DNA from: Bacteroidia bacterium
Lineage (GTDB): Bacteria > Bacteroidota > Bacteroidia > Bacteroidales > Paludibacteraceae
Length of the DNA stretch: 64,000 bases
Assembly: GCA_021152555.1 (NCBI GenBank)
Contig: JAGKVE010000008.1
Coordinates: forward strand, 702-64,701
Reading direction: 5' to 3'
Shown here: one piece after another, positions 26,598 through 35,979 of the stretch
How the letters are laid out: the number at the start of each line of letters is the position of its first letter
Position numbering within the stretch: the stretch's first letter is position 1
Translations under genes and position numbers: made by a program
The notes under the pieces: model-generated
The model's input: only the letters and a program-made list of their open reading frames with translations
Told to the model about the DNA's origin: nothing
Database searches by the model: none

Positions 26598-27776
26598 ATG
26601 AAAAAGTTTGGATTTTTCGCAGTAGCCCTGGCTGCTGCAGCCATTTCCTTCACTTCGTGTGAAAAAAAAGGACAAAACAATGGCGGCGTTGATTTGAACG
26701 CACTCCCCAATGGTTTCTATGTATCAGAGCAAGGTGCTGACCTCGTTGATGTAAATGCAATGGACCAAGGTATCAACGAGGTTGACCAAAAGCCTCGTAC
26801 CGGAATGTATGAGAAGTACATTGTACTCGAAGCAGGTAAGAAGTACGAATTCGTTAACAAGAAAGGCGAAAACGCAGATCGCTATGGTGCTACCTTAGAG
26901 TACGGAGATAGCCTAATCGTAACAGACAAGCAAAACATTGCAGGTTACAAAGGTTCTCTCGCGGCAAATACTAGTATTGAAGTTACTAAGACTTCTCTTT
27001 ATCACATTGTACTTGATTTTAATGAAGATGGTAATCTGACAGATGTTGGAGGTGCGCAATGTATCATCGTGCCTGTAGAATGGGGTATTCGTGGCGGTAT
27101 TGCCGATTGGAACAACACAATTCTCTTCCCTACTAAAAGCGAAAACAACATTTTTATTTTTGAAAATGTAACCGTAGAGAAAAGCGACAAATTCAAATTT
27201 GCTCACAACGATGCATGGAAAATTGAGTTAGATATTGCTAAACTGGTGAAAGCAAACACTAACCTTGGTGTTGATTGCGTTCCCGGCGGTGGTGATATTG
27301 AGATTAGTCGTGGCATATACACTATCACATTGGAGTTTGTTGGACCTGCTGCTACCACCCAAGAGAGTTTCAAGTACACGATTGAGAAAACTGCTGATTT
27401 GGAGGTTGCAGATCCCAAAACATTCGTTGTCGGATTGTCCGGCGATGGCGTTGCTTGCGGTTGGAATGATCCTTCCGGTGATGCATTGGCAGTAGTTAAC
27501 GCAGCAGAGTGCAAAATCACTGATGAGGCGACCTTGGCAGGTACGTATGTATACGATATTGCTGATGTAGCTATGATCGGCGGTAAGGAATTCAAAGTAC
27601 GCTACAATGGTGGCTGGTTCGGTGGTAAGAACCCCGAATTGAGCCTCGAGGGAGCTACTTTTGAAGGTGAGGATAACTTCAAGATTCCTGCTGATGCACA
27701 CTACAGCATTAAGTTTACCGTTGAATGGAACGGCGAAAAGGCAACTGCTATCAAAGCCGCATTCACCGCTCTATAA
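26598..27776 (+). CDS. SusE/SusF-like surface lipoprotein (third gene of the locus)
   Basis: Lipobox SFTSCEK, position directly after SusD, beta-rich sequence. No catalytic motif recognised. Confidence 0.5.
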   Translation: MKKFGFFAVALAAAAISFTSCEKKGQNNGGVDLNALPNGFYVSEQGADLVDVNAMDQGINEVDQKPRTGMYEKYIVLEAGKKYEFVNKKGENADRYGATLEYGDSLIVTDKQNIAGYKGSLAANTSIEVTKTSLYHIVLDFNEDGNLTDVGGAQCIIVPVEWGIRGGIADWNNTILFPTKSENNIFIFENVTVEKSDKFKFAHNDAWKIELDIAKLVKANTNLGVDCVPGGGDIEISRGIYTITLEFVGPAATTQESFKYTIEKTADLEVADPKTFVVGLSGDGVACGWNDPSGDALAVVNAAECKITDEATLAGTYVYDIADVAMIGGKEFKVRYNGGWFGGKNPELSLEGATFEGEDNFKIPADAHYSIKFTVEWNGEKATAIKAAFTAL

Positions 27777-27797
27777 TCAACAATCATACATTTTCTT

Positions 27798-27832
27798 AGA
27801 CTGCTCGACGCTCGCGCCGAGCAGTCTTTTTG
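27798..27832 (+). terminator. rho-independent terminator closing the SusC/D/E-like unit
   Basis: AGACTGCTCG-acgctcgcgc-CGAGCAGTCT followed by TTTTTG. Confidence 0.75.
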
Positions 27833-28172
27833 TAATAGATATGCATAGCGTGGTAGTCATTTATATAAAAGTTACCATACTCTTCAAATAACGTAGAGAT
27901 GATATAGGCAACTATTCCGCATCTCAACGAAAGGAGTCCGTTTTGGGCGTATAGGTCAAAACGTAGGCTAGAATCGTTATGACTAAAAAAAAGATGTAAC
28001 AGAATTCTTGGGTGACTATTCAATTCATATCCGGAGAAATTCCACTGGAATGTCTCCGCTGAATAATCTTCCCGTCTGAAATTGTATCAGCCCTGCATGC
28101 TGATTAAGCAAAATGAGAGTGTGTTGCCCTCACATTCTCATTTTATCTTGGGAATCACTATTGTTGCGATAT

Positions 28173-28358
28173 ATTTCTCTCTCTTTCTTTCTCTTTCTCT
28201 TTTCTTTCTCTTTTCTTTCTCTTTCTCTCTCTTCAAGCACGTTCCTTTTTTTATTTCTTAACTCTCAACTTTCAATTCTCAATTTGACCCGCCTTCATGT
28301 TGCAATGGATGCTCAATGGATGCTCAATGGGTGCCTAATGGATGCTCATTGGGTACTC
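28173..28358. repeat. composite block: polypyrimidine 11-nt array, 7-nt array, then 11-nt CAATGGATGCT array
   Basis: 28173-28240 is a pure C/T strand with TTTTCTTTCTC-type units. 28257-28286 is AACTCTC AACTTTC AATTCTC AATTTGA. 28302-28358 is CAATGGATGCT CAATGGATGCT CAATGGGTGCC TAATGGATGCT CATTGGGTACT. Confidence 0.85.
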
Positions 28359-28575
28359 TGTGTACTGTTTTAGTTCGGAAATGTTTTCTTAAGTGATCCG
28401 AAGGACTCGAATCTGAAATCAAGTGCAAAAATACTGCTTATTTTTGATATATGCAAGAAAATAATGCAAAAAAAAGAGAATTTAACACTTTTTTATATTT
28501 TACATACTTTTGGGTATGAAATTCCCCGAAGTTGTGGCCGCAAAATCCTGCAAATGGCAAAAAAAATATATTTTA

Positions 28576-28608
28576 TTTGCACATTCGGATTTTTTTGTTG
28601 TATCTTTG
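28576..28608 (+). promoter_or_regulatory. Bacteroidota-type promoter (TTTG 28576-28579, N21, TATCTTTG 28601-28608)
   Basis: Canonical layout about 70 nt upstream of the ATG at 28680. Confidence 0.55.
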
Positions 28609-28679
28609 CAACCGAAATGAATTGTATAGCGAAGGAACGGGGCGGGCTCCATCAACGCTGAATACTCAACTCTAAATAA

Positions 28680-31600
28680 ATGAAAAATATGAAAAAGAAT
28701 CTACTTTTATTGCTGATTATGGCTGCAGCTATGACCGGCATCTACGCGGGGAACTATGATTTGCCGCCGTACGAGCCTTATTTGAAGGACATAACCTACA
28801 ATGCGAAGACACAGGAACTCTCGTTTGAGGACACCTACAAGGCGGACGAAGCCATCAACCGCTTGCACATTGTGGAATTCTACTACCGGACGAATGACAC
28901 TAAAATCATTGGCATTATGGATCCGGGTTGGACCTACGGCGACGGCAACGGTTCTACTCAGATATACGATGTGGATACGGGCGAACCGGTTAAGCAGCGT
29001 TTCTTCGGTGGCAAGCAAAAAGGCGGCAAACACTACCTGAAAATAAGCAAGGGCATTGCCGCATGTCTCAAAGCGGGCGAAGGACGTTTGTTCATCGCTA
29101 TCCGCGGACATGAGTCGGACAACAAATGGGAAAAGAACACCGCCTATGAAGTGGCGCAGGGCGGCAAAAACGAGAGAGGATGTCACATAAAGAACAATAT
29201 TGAAGTGGATTTGACGAATTTCGTGGAACTCGAATTGGAAGCGCCGAAAGAGGTCTATTTCGGAAAAGATTATACCGTGCGGTTAAACTTCCGCGGCATA
29301 GATTATACTTCAATGAGGCTTCAGACGCGGACGGAAGGCGGCGAGTGGTTTGCCAACGGCGGTGCTTATTTCAGTCTTGCGGAGGCGCGAACGGGCGTAA
29401 AGAAGGACTTTACCTTTTCTTTTAACAACCATCACTCCAGTCCGGTGAGATACTACCGCGCCATCGTCGAAGACATGACAACGCATGAATGCGACACTAC
29501 CGAGGAGGTGAAAGTGAAGTTCTACTATAAATGGCAATACGGCGACGAATTGAGTTATTACAAGCCCGGCGATACCATCGACTACCCGAAACTGGCGGAT
29601 GAGTGCATGACGTATAAAGTAATATGCGAATGGGACGGCTGCCGCACGTGGGAAGAAGGAAACATGGTGTTCTTCACCCAGCCCAACTACAACGCAGAAC
29701 TGACAACCGTTCAGAAACAATATACGGTGAAGTTCCTCAACAGCGATTACAAGGTGCTGAAGACCGAGAAAGTGAACTGTGGTGAAGATGCCACGCCTCC
29801 TGACGAGACCCCGAAGATGGGCGATATGCTCTTCCGCGAGTGGAGCAGGGACTACACCAACGTGCATGAGAATATGTCCGTCATCGCGCGGTACGATATG
29901 GGCAATTATTACTTGAGCGCAGAGTTGGCGGAACATAAGAATGAAAATTATCCGTTTGCGGGTTTTTCCGAGAGCAATGAGCGCGTGATGTTAGACGACC
30001 AGTTGGTGTTTGAGACGCAAGTGCAAGCCCCCGCGGCATCGAATATCTCTTACGAGGTGGCTTATTGGAACGACGCGAAAAATGACTGGGGTGACTATGG
30101 TGGTGGTATAATGGTTGCCCAATACTCCGCCGAAGACGCTGCAGCCAAGAAAGTGAACACCTACACTACGACCATAGACGTGGGAATAATAAATTACAAT
30201 CATTATGTAATGCCATTCCTGCGGCGCATGTCAGTCCGCTTTGCCATGGCCGGAAACGGTGACAAGGTTTATTCGGAGCCGTATGAGTTCGAGATTTACT
30301 ATCCGATGTATGTCAAGAGCATGATAGACGACCCTGCTGACCCGCAGTTCGCTGCTACTCTGCAGGCATATAATACCGACGGCGACATGAACGAAGGAAC
30401 CTATTTCCTCATGCCGGTCCGTTATCAGGACACACTGTTCGTTCAGATGGGCGATGGTGCCGGCGGGTGCCTCCAGTTCGCGCGGCAAGACAAACCAAGC
30501 GGTTCGCTAACTACCGACGTGGACGACAGAGGTGTTGCCTGGATAATGGGTGTCGGAGAACCTGAGACGATAGAAGTGAAAACAAGCCGCAAAGTGGTAT
30601 GGTTTAGTGGTACCCAACAGACGCAAGAGTACGATTTCTCGGCGCAAAAACTCGGCAAATATCCGCATGCGTACTATGCGGAGATAGTGAACTGCGGCGG
30701 AAGTATAAAGAACATGCCTGCAGACCCGGTATGGGAAGGACGTGTGTTCTTGGGCTGGAAAAAAGGCCTGGATGGAGAAGAATATGCAGATGATGCGTAT
30801 TTGAATGTACCGGCGATAGGCTGGAATGGCGTGGAGTTTACTGCTCAATGGGAAGACCCGGCGGACCCCGAGTTGCATGACGTGACTTTCATGGGCGGTT
30901 TGGACGGCAAGACGGTGCTGAAGGAGCAGCAAGTGGTTGAAGGTAAAGATGCTACGGCACCCGTAGCACCAGAAATAGCGGGTTATACATTCCTCGGTTG
31001 GGACAAGTCGCATAATATGGTTATTGAGGATATAGTGGTTACGGCTATTTATGGCAAGGACAATACCAAATGGACCGTCACCTACATGAACGGCAATGAG
31101 GTTATCGGCACCGAAGAAGTGGCGGACGGTCATACGGCTCTCGGTATGGAAGTGTCCGCGGCTGGCAAGAAATTCATAGGCTGGGACGAAGACCTGCGGT
31201 TCGTGCATAGTAATATAACGACCTACGCGCAGTTTGAAGAAATCACATTCAGCGTCATCTTCCGCGTGGATGGTCAGGAAGTGCATAGTCTAATAGCTGT
31301 CTATGGTATATCTATTCAATCCATCATGCCCCCTCTGACTCCCACAAAAGAGCAGACAGACGCTGTTTATTACACGTTTGACGGCTGGAGTCCGAACGTG
31401 ACTGTCGTAGAGAGCGACCTCGTTCTGGACGCCGTGTTTACCGCCCATCCGCGGACTTACACCGTGACTTTCATCGGCTGGAACGGCGACCCGTGCGAGA
31501 CGCAGACTGTCGAATACGGCAAGTCGGCCGACAAACCGGCTACGCCTTATTGCCCGGAAGACTGGGTATTCACAGGATGGGACAAATCCTACGATAATAT

Positions 31601-31994
31601 AACGGAGGACGTAACGATTACCGCGCAGTTCTCCGAAAAACCGGATGTGCCGACCTATACGGTGACGATAGCCATAATGGAACATGCAACGGTGGTGGTG
31701 CTGAACGACGACCCGGTGGATCTGACGCAAGTACCGGAGAACACCGTGCTGCAACTGAAAGCAACGGTTGATGAGGGCTATCAGTTCGTTGAATGGATGG
31801 ACGGCGTGAAAACAATCCAACGCGACCTGACAGTTACCGAAGATACGATTGTCTCCGTCGTAGTCGAAGAAACAGACCAGGCAGTAGAGCAAGTGATGTT
31901 TGAAAACGGCCCCGCGAAGGTGTTGTATAACGGACAGTTGTATATCCTCCATAACGGCAGGAAATACAATGCCACCGGCAAGGAAATGAAATAG
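28680..31994 (+). CDS. secreted cell-surface protein with Listeria-Bacteroides (InlB B-repeat / Flg_new) repeats
   Basis: Signal peptide. At least six ~70-aa repeats of the form Y-T-V-x-F ... G-x-x-A-x-x-P ... G-[YW]-x-F-x-G-W-[DS] (e.g. YTVKFLNSDYKV..., HDVTFMGGLDGK...GYTFLGWDKS, YTVTFIGWNGD...WVFTGWDKS). C-terminal tail KVLYNGQLYILHNGRKYNATGKEMK. Confidence 0.7.
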   Translation: MKNMKKNLLLLLIMAAAMTGIYAGNYDLPPYEPYLKDITYNAKTQELSFEDTYKADEAINRLHIVEFYYRTNDTKIIGIMDPGWTYGDGNGSTQIYDVDTGEPVKQRFFGGKQKGGKHYLKISKGIAACLKAGEGRLFIAIRGHESDNKWEKNTAYEVAQGGKNERGCHIKNNIEVDLTNFVELELEAPKEVYFGKDYTVRLNFRGIDYTSMRLQTRTEGGEWFANGGAYFSLAEARTGVKKDFTFSFNNHHSSPVRYYRAIVEDMTTHECDTTEEVKVKFYYKWQYGDELSYYKPGDTIDYPKLADECMTYKVICEWDGCRTWEEGNMVFFTQPNYNAELTTVQKQYTVKFLNSDYKVLKTEKVNCGEDATPPDETPKMGDMLFREWSRDYTNVHENMSVIARYDMGNYYLSAELAEHKNENYPFAGFSESNERVMLDDQLVFETQVQAPAASNISYEVAYWNDAKNDWGDYGGGIMVAQYSAEDAAAKKVNTYTTTIDVGIINYNHYVMPFLRRMSVRFAMAGNGDKVYSEPYEFEIYYPMYVKSMIDDPADPQFAATLQAYNTDGDMNEGTYFLMPVRYQDTLFVQMGDGAGGCLQFARQDKPSGSLTTDVDDRGVAWIMGVGEPETIEVKTSRKVVWFSGTQQTQEYDFSAQKLGKYPHAYYAEIVNCGGSIKNMPADPVWEGRVFLGWKKGLDGEEYADDAYLNVPAIGWNGVEFTAQWEDPADPELHDVTFMGGLDGKTVLKEQQVVEGKDATAPVAPEIAGYTFLGWDKSHNMVIEDIVVTAIYGKDNTKWTVTYMNGNEVIGTEEVADGHTALGMEVSAAGKKFIGWDEDLRFVHSNITTYAQFEEITFSVIFRVDGQEVHSLIAVYGISIQSIMPPLTPTKEQTDAVYYTFDGWSPNVTVVESDLVLDAVFTAHPRTYTVTFIGWNGDPCETQTVEYGKSADKPATPYCPEDWVFTGWDKSYDNITEDVTITAQFSEKPDVPTYTVTIAIMEHATVVVLNDDPVDLTQVPENTVLQLKATVDEGYQFVEWMDGVKTIQRDLTVTEDTIVSVVVEETDQAVEQVMFENGPAKVLYNGQLYILHNGRKYNATGKEMK

Positions 31995-32052
31995 GAGAAG
32001 GCTTTGTGTACTTGGCAAGAAGCTGCAAATTTCAAACTCTTTTGTACAGAAA

Positions 32053-32084
32053 TTTGCATATTTCAGAAAAATGTAGTACCTTTG
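32053..32084 (+). promoter_or_regulatory. Bacteroidota-type promoter (TTTG 32053-32056, N20, TACCTTTG 32077-32084)
   Basis: Canonical layout upstream of the lipoprotein gene at 32145. Confidence 0.6.
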
Positions 32085-32144
32085 CAGCGTTTTTTGCGAA
32101 AGCAACTAATTTTTTACAAAATTAACTAATAAAAATTACTGATT

Positions 32145-32984
32145 ATGAAAAAGATTTTATCTGTTGTAGCTGCAGCCGTTATCGCGCTGAGTTTTGCTTC
32201 CTGTAAGGGCGGAAAAAATACTCCCGAGGCAGAGAAATTCGCAATCGCCATTACGGACATTACCTCCACCGGTGCTACCATTACCATTACTCCTGCGGAC
32301 ACCACCGCTTATTACTATTGGAGTGTCGTTGCTTCGGAGTTGCTCCAGAAGTACACAGCAGACAGTATTGCTCTCCTGCTGATGCAACAAGAGGTTGAAG
32401 AGTATCAATCTACCTTTGAGAGTCTGGTCGAAGAGGGTTATATCGTGAAAGGTAAGGATGCTTACACTTATTCTACTTTGGATCCGGATACCGGTTATCT
32501 CGCTATCGCATTTAATGTGGATAAAGACTTGAAAGTTACCAGTGAGGCTGTCACGAAAGAGTTTAAAACGGCAGAATTCGTGGTAACAGGCCATGAGACA
32601 TTGAGTTCTAATAATGCAGAGTTTATCGACTATATTGATGCTGCCGGCTTATTCCAAGTGATTCTTGAGGACGACACCAAAGGTCTTGCATTGTACTTGG
32701 CTTTCTTCGCAGATGGTCTGGAGGGTGAGTTTACCCAAGATGATCTCTTTGCTCTATACTCCGGTTTTGCTCTCGGTAACAAAGAATATAGTATCGTATC
32801 GCTCGCTGTCAAGAATGTTCTTAGCGCAGACGGTACACAGCTGACCGTGACCGGTAAGATGGCAGCAAGCAATGGTATTGAGTACGACCTGAAGTTAGTT
32901 GCAACTGCAGATTCCTACGCAGAAGCTGCACCCGCTCGCAAGATTGCTCCGCGCAAACTCTTTTATCGCAGAGCTATCCGCTAA
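32145..32984 (+). CDS. hypothetical lipoprotein
   Basis: Lipobox LSFASCKGG. Beta-rich 279-aa protein. No family recognised. Confidence 0.5.
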   Translation: MKKILSVVAAAVIALSFASCKGGKNTPEAEKFAIAITDITSTGATITITPADTTAYYYWSVVASELLQKYTADSIALLLMQQEVEEYQSTFESLVEEGYIVKGKDAYTYSTLDPDTGYLAIAFNVDKDLKVTSEAVTKEFKTAEFVVTGHETLSSNNAEFIDYIDAAGLFQVILEDDTKGLALYLAFFADGLEGEFTQDDLFALYSGFALGNKEYSIVSLAVKNVLSADGTQLTVTGKMAASNGIEYDLKLVATADSYAEAAPARKIAPRKLFYRRAIR

Positions 32985-33050
32985 TCAAAAAGTCAAACTT
33001 AGGTTGTAGATAACTTTTTATTTTTAGACAACTTTTTGAGTTTGTGAAAA

Positions 33051-33086
33051 ATGCAAACTGCTGTAAATAAGCAGTTTGCATTTTTG
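33051..33086 (+). terminator. rho-independent terminator
   Basis: ATGCAAACTGCT-gtaaata-AGCAGTTTGCAT followed by TTTTTG. Confidence 0.75.
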
Positions 33087-33133
33087 TTTTGGACAACATT
33101 GCTTGGTTGTTGAAAACTTTTTTTGCCAAAATG

Positions 33134-33165
33134 TTTGCACATTCCAAATAAATATAGTACCTTTG
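33134..33165 (+). promoter_or_regulatory. Bacteroidota-type promoter (TTTG 33134-33137, N20, TACCTTTG 33158-33165)
   Basis: Canonical layout upstream of nrdD. Confidence 0.6.
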
Positions 33166-33190
33166 CACTCGATTTCGCACTGTTTATTTA

Positions 33191-33251
33191 GTCTTACAGG
33201 CATAGCCGGTCCAGCAGCATAGCGGTCTTACAGGCGAAGCCGGTCATAAAA
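33191..33251. repeat. third GTCTTACAG-type 16/18-nt array, in the nrdD leader
   Basis: GTCTTACAG 33191, GTCCAGCAG 33209, GTCTTACAG 33225, GTCATAAAA 33243. Lies between the promoter box and the ATG at 33281. Confidence 0.8.
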
Positions 33252-33280
33252 CGAAGTTTTATATCAAATATTACTATATT

Positions 33281-35380
33281 ATGGAAACATACATTATCAA
33301 ACGTGACGGTAAAAAAGAGCTTTTTACCATTGACAAAATCAAGAATGCCATATCGAAAGCATTCTTAGCAGTCGGTGCGTTCGCAACCGAAGAGACGCTG
33401 GGCGCTATTCTGTCGCACCTCAGAGTACGTAACGAACAAACGGTAGAAGAGATTCAGAACCAAGTGGAGGTCGCATTGATGGCGGAGGGTTATTATCAGG
33501 TGGCCAAGGCCTTCATTCTCTATCGCCAGGGACACACTGAGGACCGTGAGACTCAGCAGCGTCTGGATTTCATGATGAACTATGTGCAGGCTTCCAATGC
33601 CGCTGAGGGATCCAAATTCGACGCAAACGCCAACGTAGAGCACAAAAACATCGCTACGCTTATCGGCGAACTGCCAAAACAAGGCTTCATCCGTCTGAAC
33701 CGCCGTCTGTTGACCGAGCGCATCAAAGAGATGTACGGCAAGGAGTTGAGCGACAAGTACATGAGTCTGCTGAACCAGCACTTCATCTACAAGAACGACG
33801 AGACGAACCTCGCGAACTACTGCGCGTCGATCACGATGTACCCGTGGCTCATCGGCGGCACGAAGTCGATTGGCGGCAACGCTACTCCTCCGAAGAACCT
33901 GAAGTCTTTCTGCGGCGGATTCATCAACATGGTGTTCATGGTGAGCTCGATGCTTTCAGGCGCGTGCGCTACGCCCGAGTTCCTTATGTATATGAACTAC
34001 TTCATCGAGAAGGAGTACGGCGAGGATTACTACAAGCGTGCGGACGAAGTGGTAGATCTGAGTCTGAAACGCCGCACGATCGACCGCATCATCTGCGACT
34101 GCTTCCAACAAGTTGTTTACAGTCTGAACCAGCCGAGCGGTGCCCGTAACTTCCAGTCGGTATTCTGGAACATCAGCTACTACGACCGCTACTATTTCCA
34201 GAGCCTGTTTGAGAACTTCCGTTTCCCGGACGGCGAAGCGCCTCACTGGGACAGCCTGAACTGGCTGCAGAAGCGATTCATGAACTGGTTCAACGAAGAG
34301 CGTACGCGTTCGGTGCTCACGTTCCCGGTAGAGACGATGGCGCTGCTGGCAGAGAACGGCGATATCAAAGACAAGGAGTACGGCGATTTCACGGCAGAGA
34401 TGTACGCGAAGGGTCACTCGTTCTTCACCTACGTGAGCGACAATGCAGACAGCCTCTCAAGCTGCTGCCGTCTGCGTAACGCGATCACGGACAACAGTTT
34501 CAGCTACACCCTCGGCGCCGGCGGAATCTCGACGGGTTCGAAGTCGGTATTGACGATCAACCTGAACCGCGCTATCCAGTACGCCGTACGTAACAACATC
34601 CCTTATCAGGCGTATGTAGAGGAGGTGGTAGATCTGATGCACAAAGTGCAGCTGGCATACAACGAGAATCTCAAGAACCTGCAGGAGAAAGGCATGCTGC
34701 CGCTGTTCGACGCCGGCTACATCAATATCGGCCGTCAGTATCTGACAATCGGTGTGAACGGTCTGGTAGAGGCTGCAGAGTTCCTCGGTCTGGAGATCAA
34801 AGACACGCCGGAGTATGCGCATTTCGTACAGGAGCTGCTCGGCATCATCGAGAAGAAGAACAAAGAGTACCGCACGAAAGATGTGATGTTCAACTGCGAG
34901 ATGATTCCTGCGGAGAACGTGGGTGTGAAACACGCCAAATGGGATCGCGAAGACGGTTATGTAGTGCCTCGTGACTGCTACAACAGCTATTTCTATGTAG
35001 TTGAAGATACCAGCCTCAATGTGCTTGACCGTTTCCGTCTCCATGGTCGCAAGTATATAGAGCACCTCACCGGTGGTTCGGCACTTCACTGCAACCTGGA
35101 GGAACACCTCAGCCAGGAACAATACCGCCAACTGCTGCGCGTAGCGGCTGTAGAGGGATGTAACTACTTCACCTTCAATATCCCGAACACGGTATGTAAC
35201 GACTGCGGTCATATCGACAAACGCTACCTGAAAGAGTGTCCTCACTGCCATTCGAAGAATGTGGACTATCTGACGCGCGTTATCGGTTATATGAAACGCG
35301 TATCGAATTTCTCGGAGGCACGTCAGAAAGAAGCTGCCAAGCGTTATTACGCTGAGAAGTCGAAAGCCCCGAAATGCTGA
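33281..35380 (+). CDS. nrdD: anaerobic ribonucleoside-triphosphate reductase
   Basis: N-terminal ATP-cone (IIKRDGKKELFTIDKIKNAI), C-terminal Zn ribbon CNDCGH...CPHCHS, and the glycyl-radical segment TRVIGYMKRV. Confidence 0.95.
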   Translation: METYIIKRDGKKELFTIDKIKNAISKAFLAVGAFATEETLGAILSHLRVRNEQTVEEIQNQVEVALMAEGYYQVAKAFILYRQGHTEDRETQQRLDFMMNYVQASNAAEGSKFDANANVEHKNIATLIGELPKQGFIRLNRRLLTERIKEMYGKELSDKYMSLLNQHFIYKNDETNLANYCASITMYPWLIGGTKSIGGNATPPKNLKSFCGGFINMVFMVSSMLSGACATPEFLMYMNYFIEKEYGEDYYKRADEVVDLSLKRRTIDRIICDCFQQVVYSLNQPSGARNFQSVFWNISYYDRYYFQSLFENFRFPDGEAPHWDSLNWLQKRFMNWFNEERTRSVLTFPVETMALLAENGDIKDKEYGDFTAEMYAKGHSFFTYVSDNADSLSSCCRLRNAITDNSFSYTLGAGGISTGSKSVLTINLNRAIQYAVRNNIPYQAYVEEVVDLMHKVQLAYNENLKNLQEKGMLPLFDAGYINIGRQYLTIGVNGLVEAAEFLGLEIKDTPEYAHFVQELLGIIEKKNKEYRTKDVMFNCEMIPAENVGVKHAKWDREDGYVVPRDCYNSYFYVVEDTSLNVLDRFRLHGRKYIEHLTGGSALHCNLEEHLSQEQYRQLLRVAAVEGCNYFTFNIPNTVCNDCGHIDKRYLKECPHCHSKNVDYLTRVIGYMKRVSNFSEARQKEAAKRYYAEKSKAPKC

Positions 35381-35416
35381 ATCCGTAATTAGTAATTTTT
35401 AATTTTAAATTCTCAA

Positions 35417-35899
35417 ATGCGCGTAGCGTCATTTGATATAGTATTTCAGGAGATTCCCGGAGAGGTGACGCTTGCGCTCAACCTCTCCGGTTGTCCTTGT
35501 CACTGTCACGGATGCCATAGCCCGCACTTATGGGAAGATACGGGGGAGGTGCTTGATGAGAGTCTGCTGGCTGAACTGACAGGGCAATATAAAGGACTCA
35601 TCACATGTGTCGCCTTTATGGGCGGAGACCAAGCACCGGAAGAAGTGGCTCACTGGGCTGCATATGTGAAAAATCCTCAATCTTCAATCCTCAATCTTCA
35701 ATCACCGCTAAAGACGGCATGGTATTCGGGCCGCATGAAAATGCCCGGTACAGACAGCCCATTTGACTATGTCAAAATAGGCCCGTATGTTGAGGCTCTC
35801 GGTGGCTTGAAAAGTGAGAAAACCAACCAACGGCTCTATAAGAGGGTAGAAGACAAATGGGAGGATATAACAAGTTCTTTTTGGAAAAAGAGTCTGTGA
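35417..35899 (+). CDS. nrdG: anaerobic ribonucleoside-triphosphate reductase activating protein
   Basis: Radical-SAM cluster motif CPCHCHGCHS, FMGGDQ, and AWYSG. Directly follows nrdD. Confidence 0.9.
   Translation: MRVASFDIVFQEIPGEVTLALNLSGCPCHCHGCHSPHLWEDTGEVLDESLLAELTGQYKGLITCVAFMGGDQAPEEVAHWAAYVKNPQSSILNLQSPLKTAWYSGRMKMPGTDSPFDYVKIGPYVEALGGLKSEKTNQRLYKRVEDKWEDITSSFWKKSL
35669..35707. repeat. 7-nt-period array read in frame inside nrdG (KNPQSSILNLQSP)
   Basis: AATCCTC AATCTTC AATCCTC AATCTTC AATCACC. As I recall, the equivalent loop in related NrdG proteins is several residues shorter. Confidence 0.75.
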
Positions 35900-35940
35900 T
35901 TAGTGTTTAGTGATTTGCATTTAGAGACTTGTGAGATTAT

Positions 35941-35978
35941 ACAACAAACCCCGCGAACTCAATCGCGGGGTTTGTTGT
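35941..35978. terminator. bidirectional terminator between nrdG and the giant gene
   Basis: Perfect 16-bp stem ACAACAAACCCCGCGA-actcaa-TCGCGGGGTTTGTTGT with T-runs on both strands. Confidence 0.8.
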
Positions 35979-35979
35979 T

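Noticed and set aside
28113-28373. 86-aa ORF (…SLSFFLFLFSFSFLSLSLSS…)
   Set aside because: It is a translation of the polypyrimidine, heptamer and 11-nt arrays. It has no promoter box in front and a low-complexity product.
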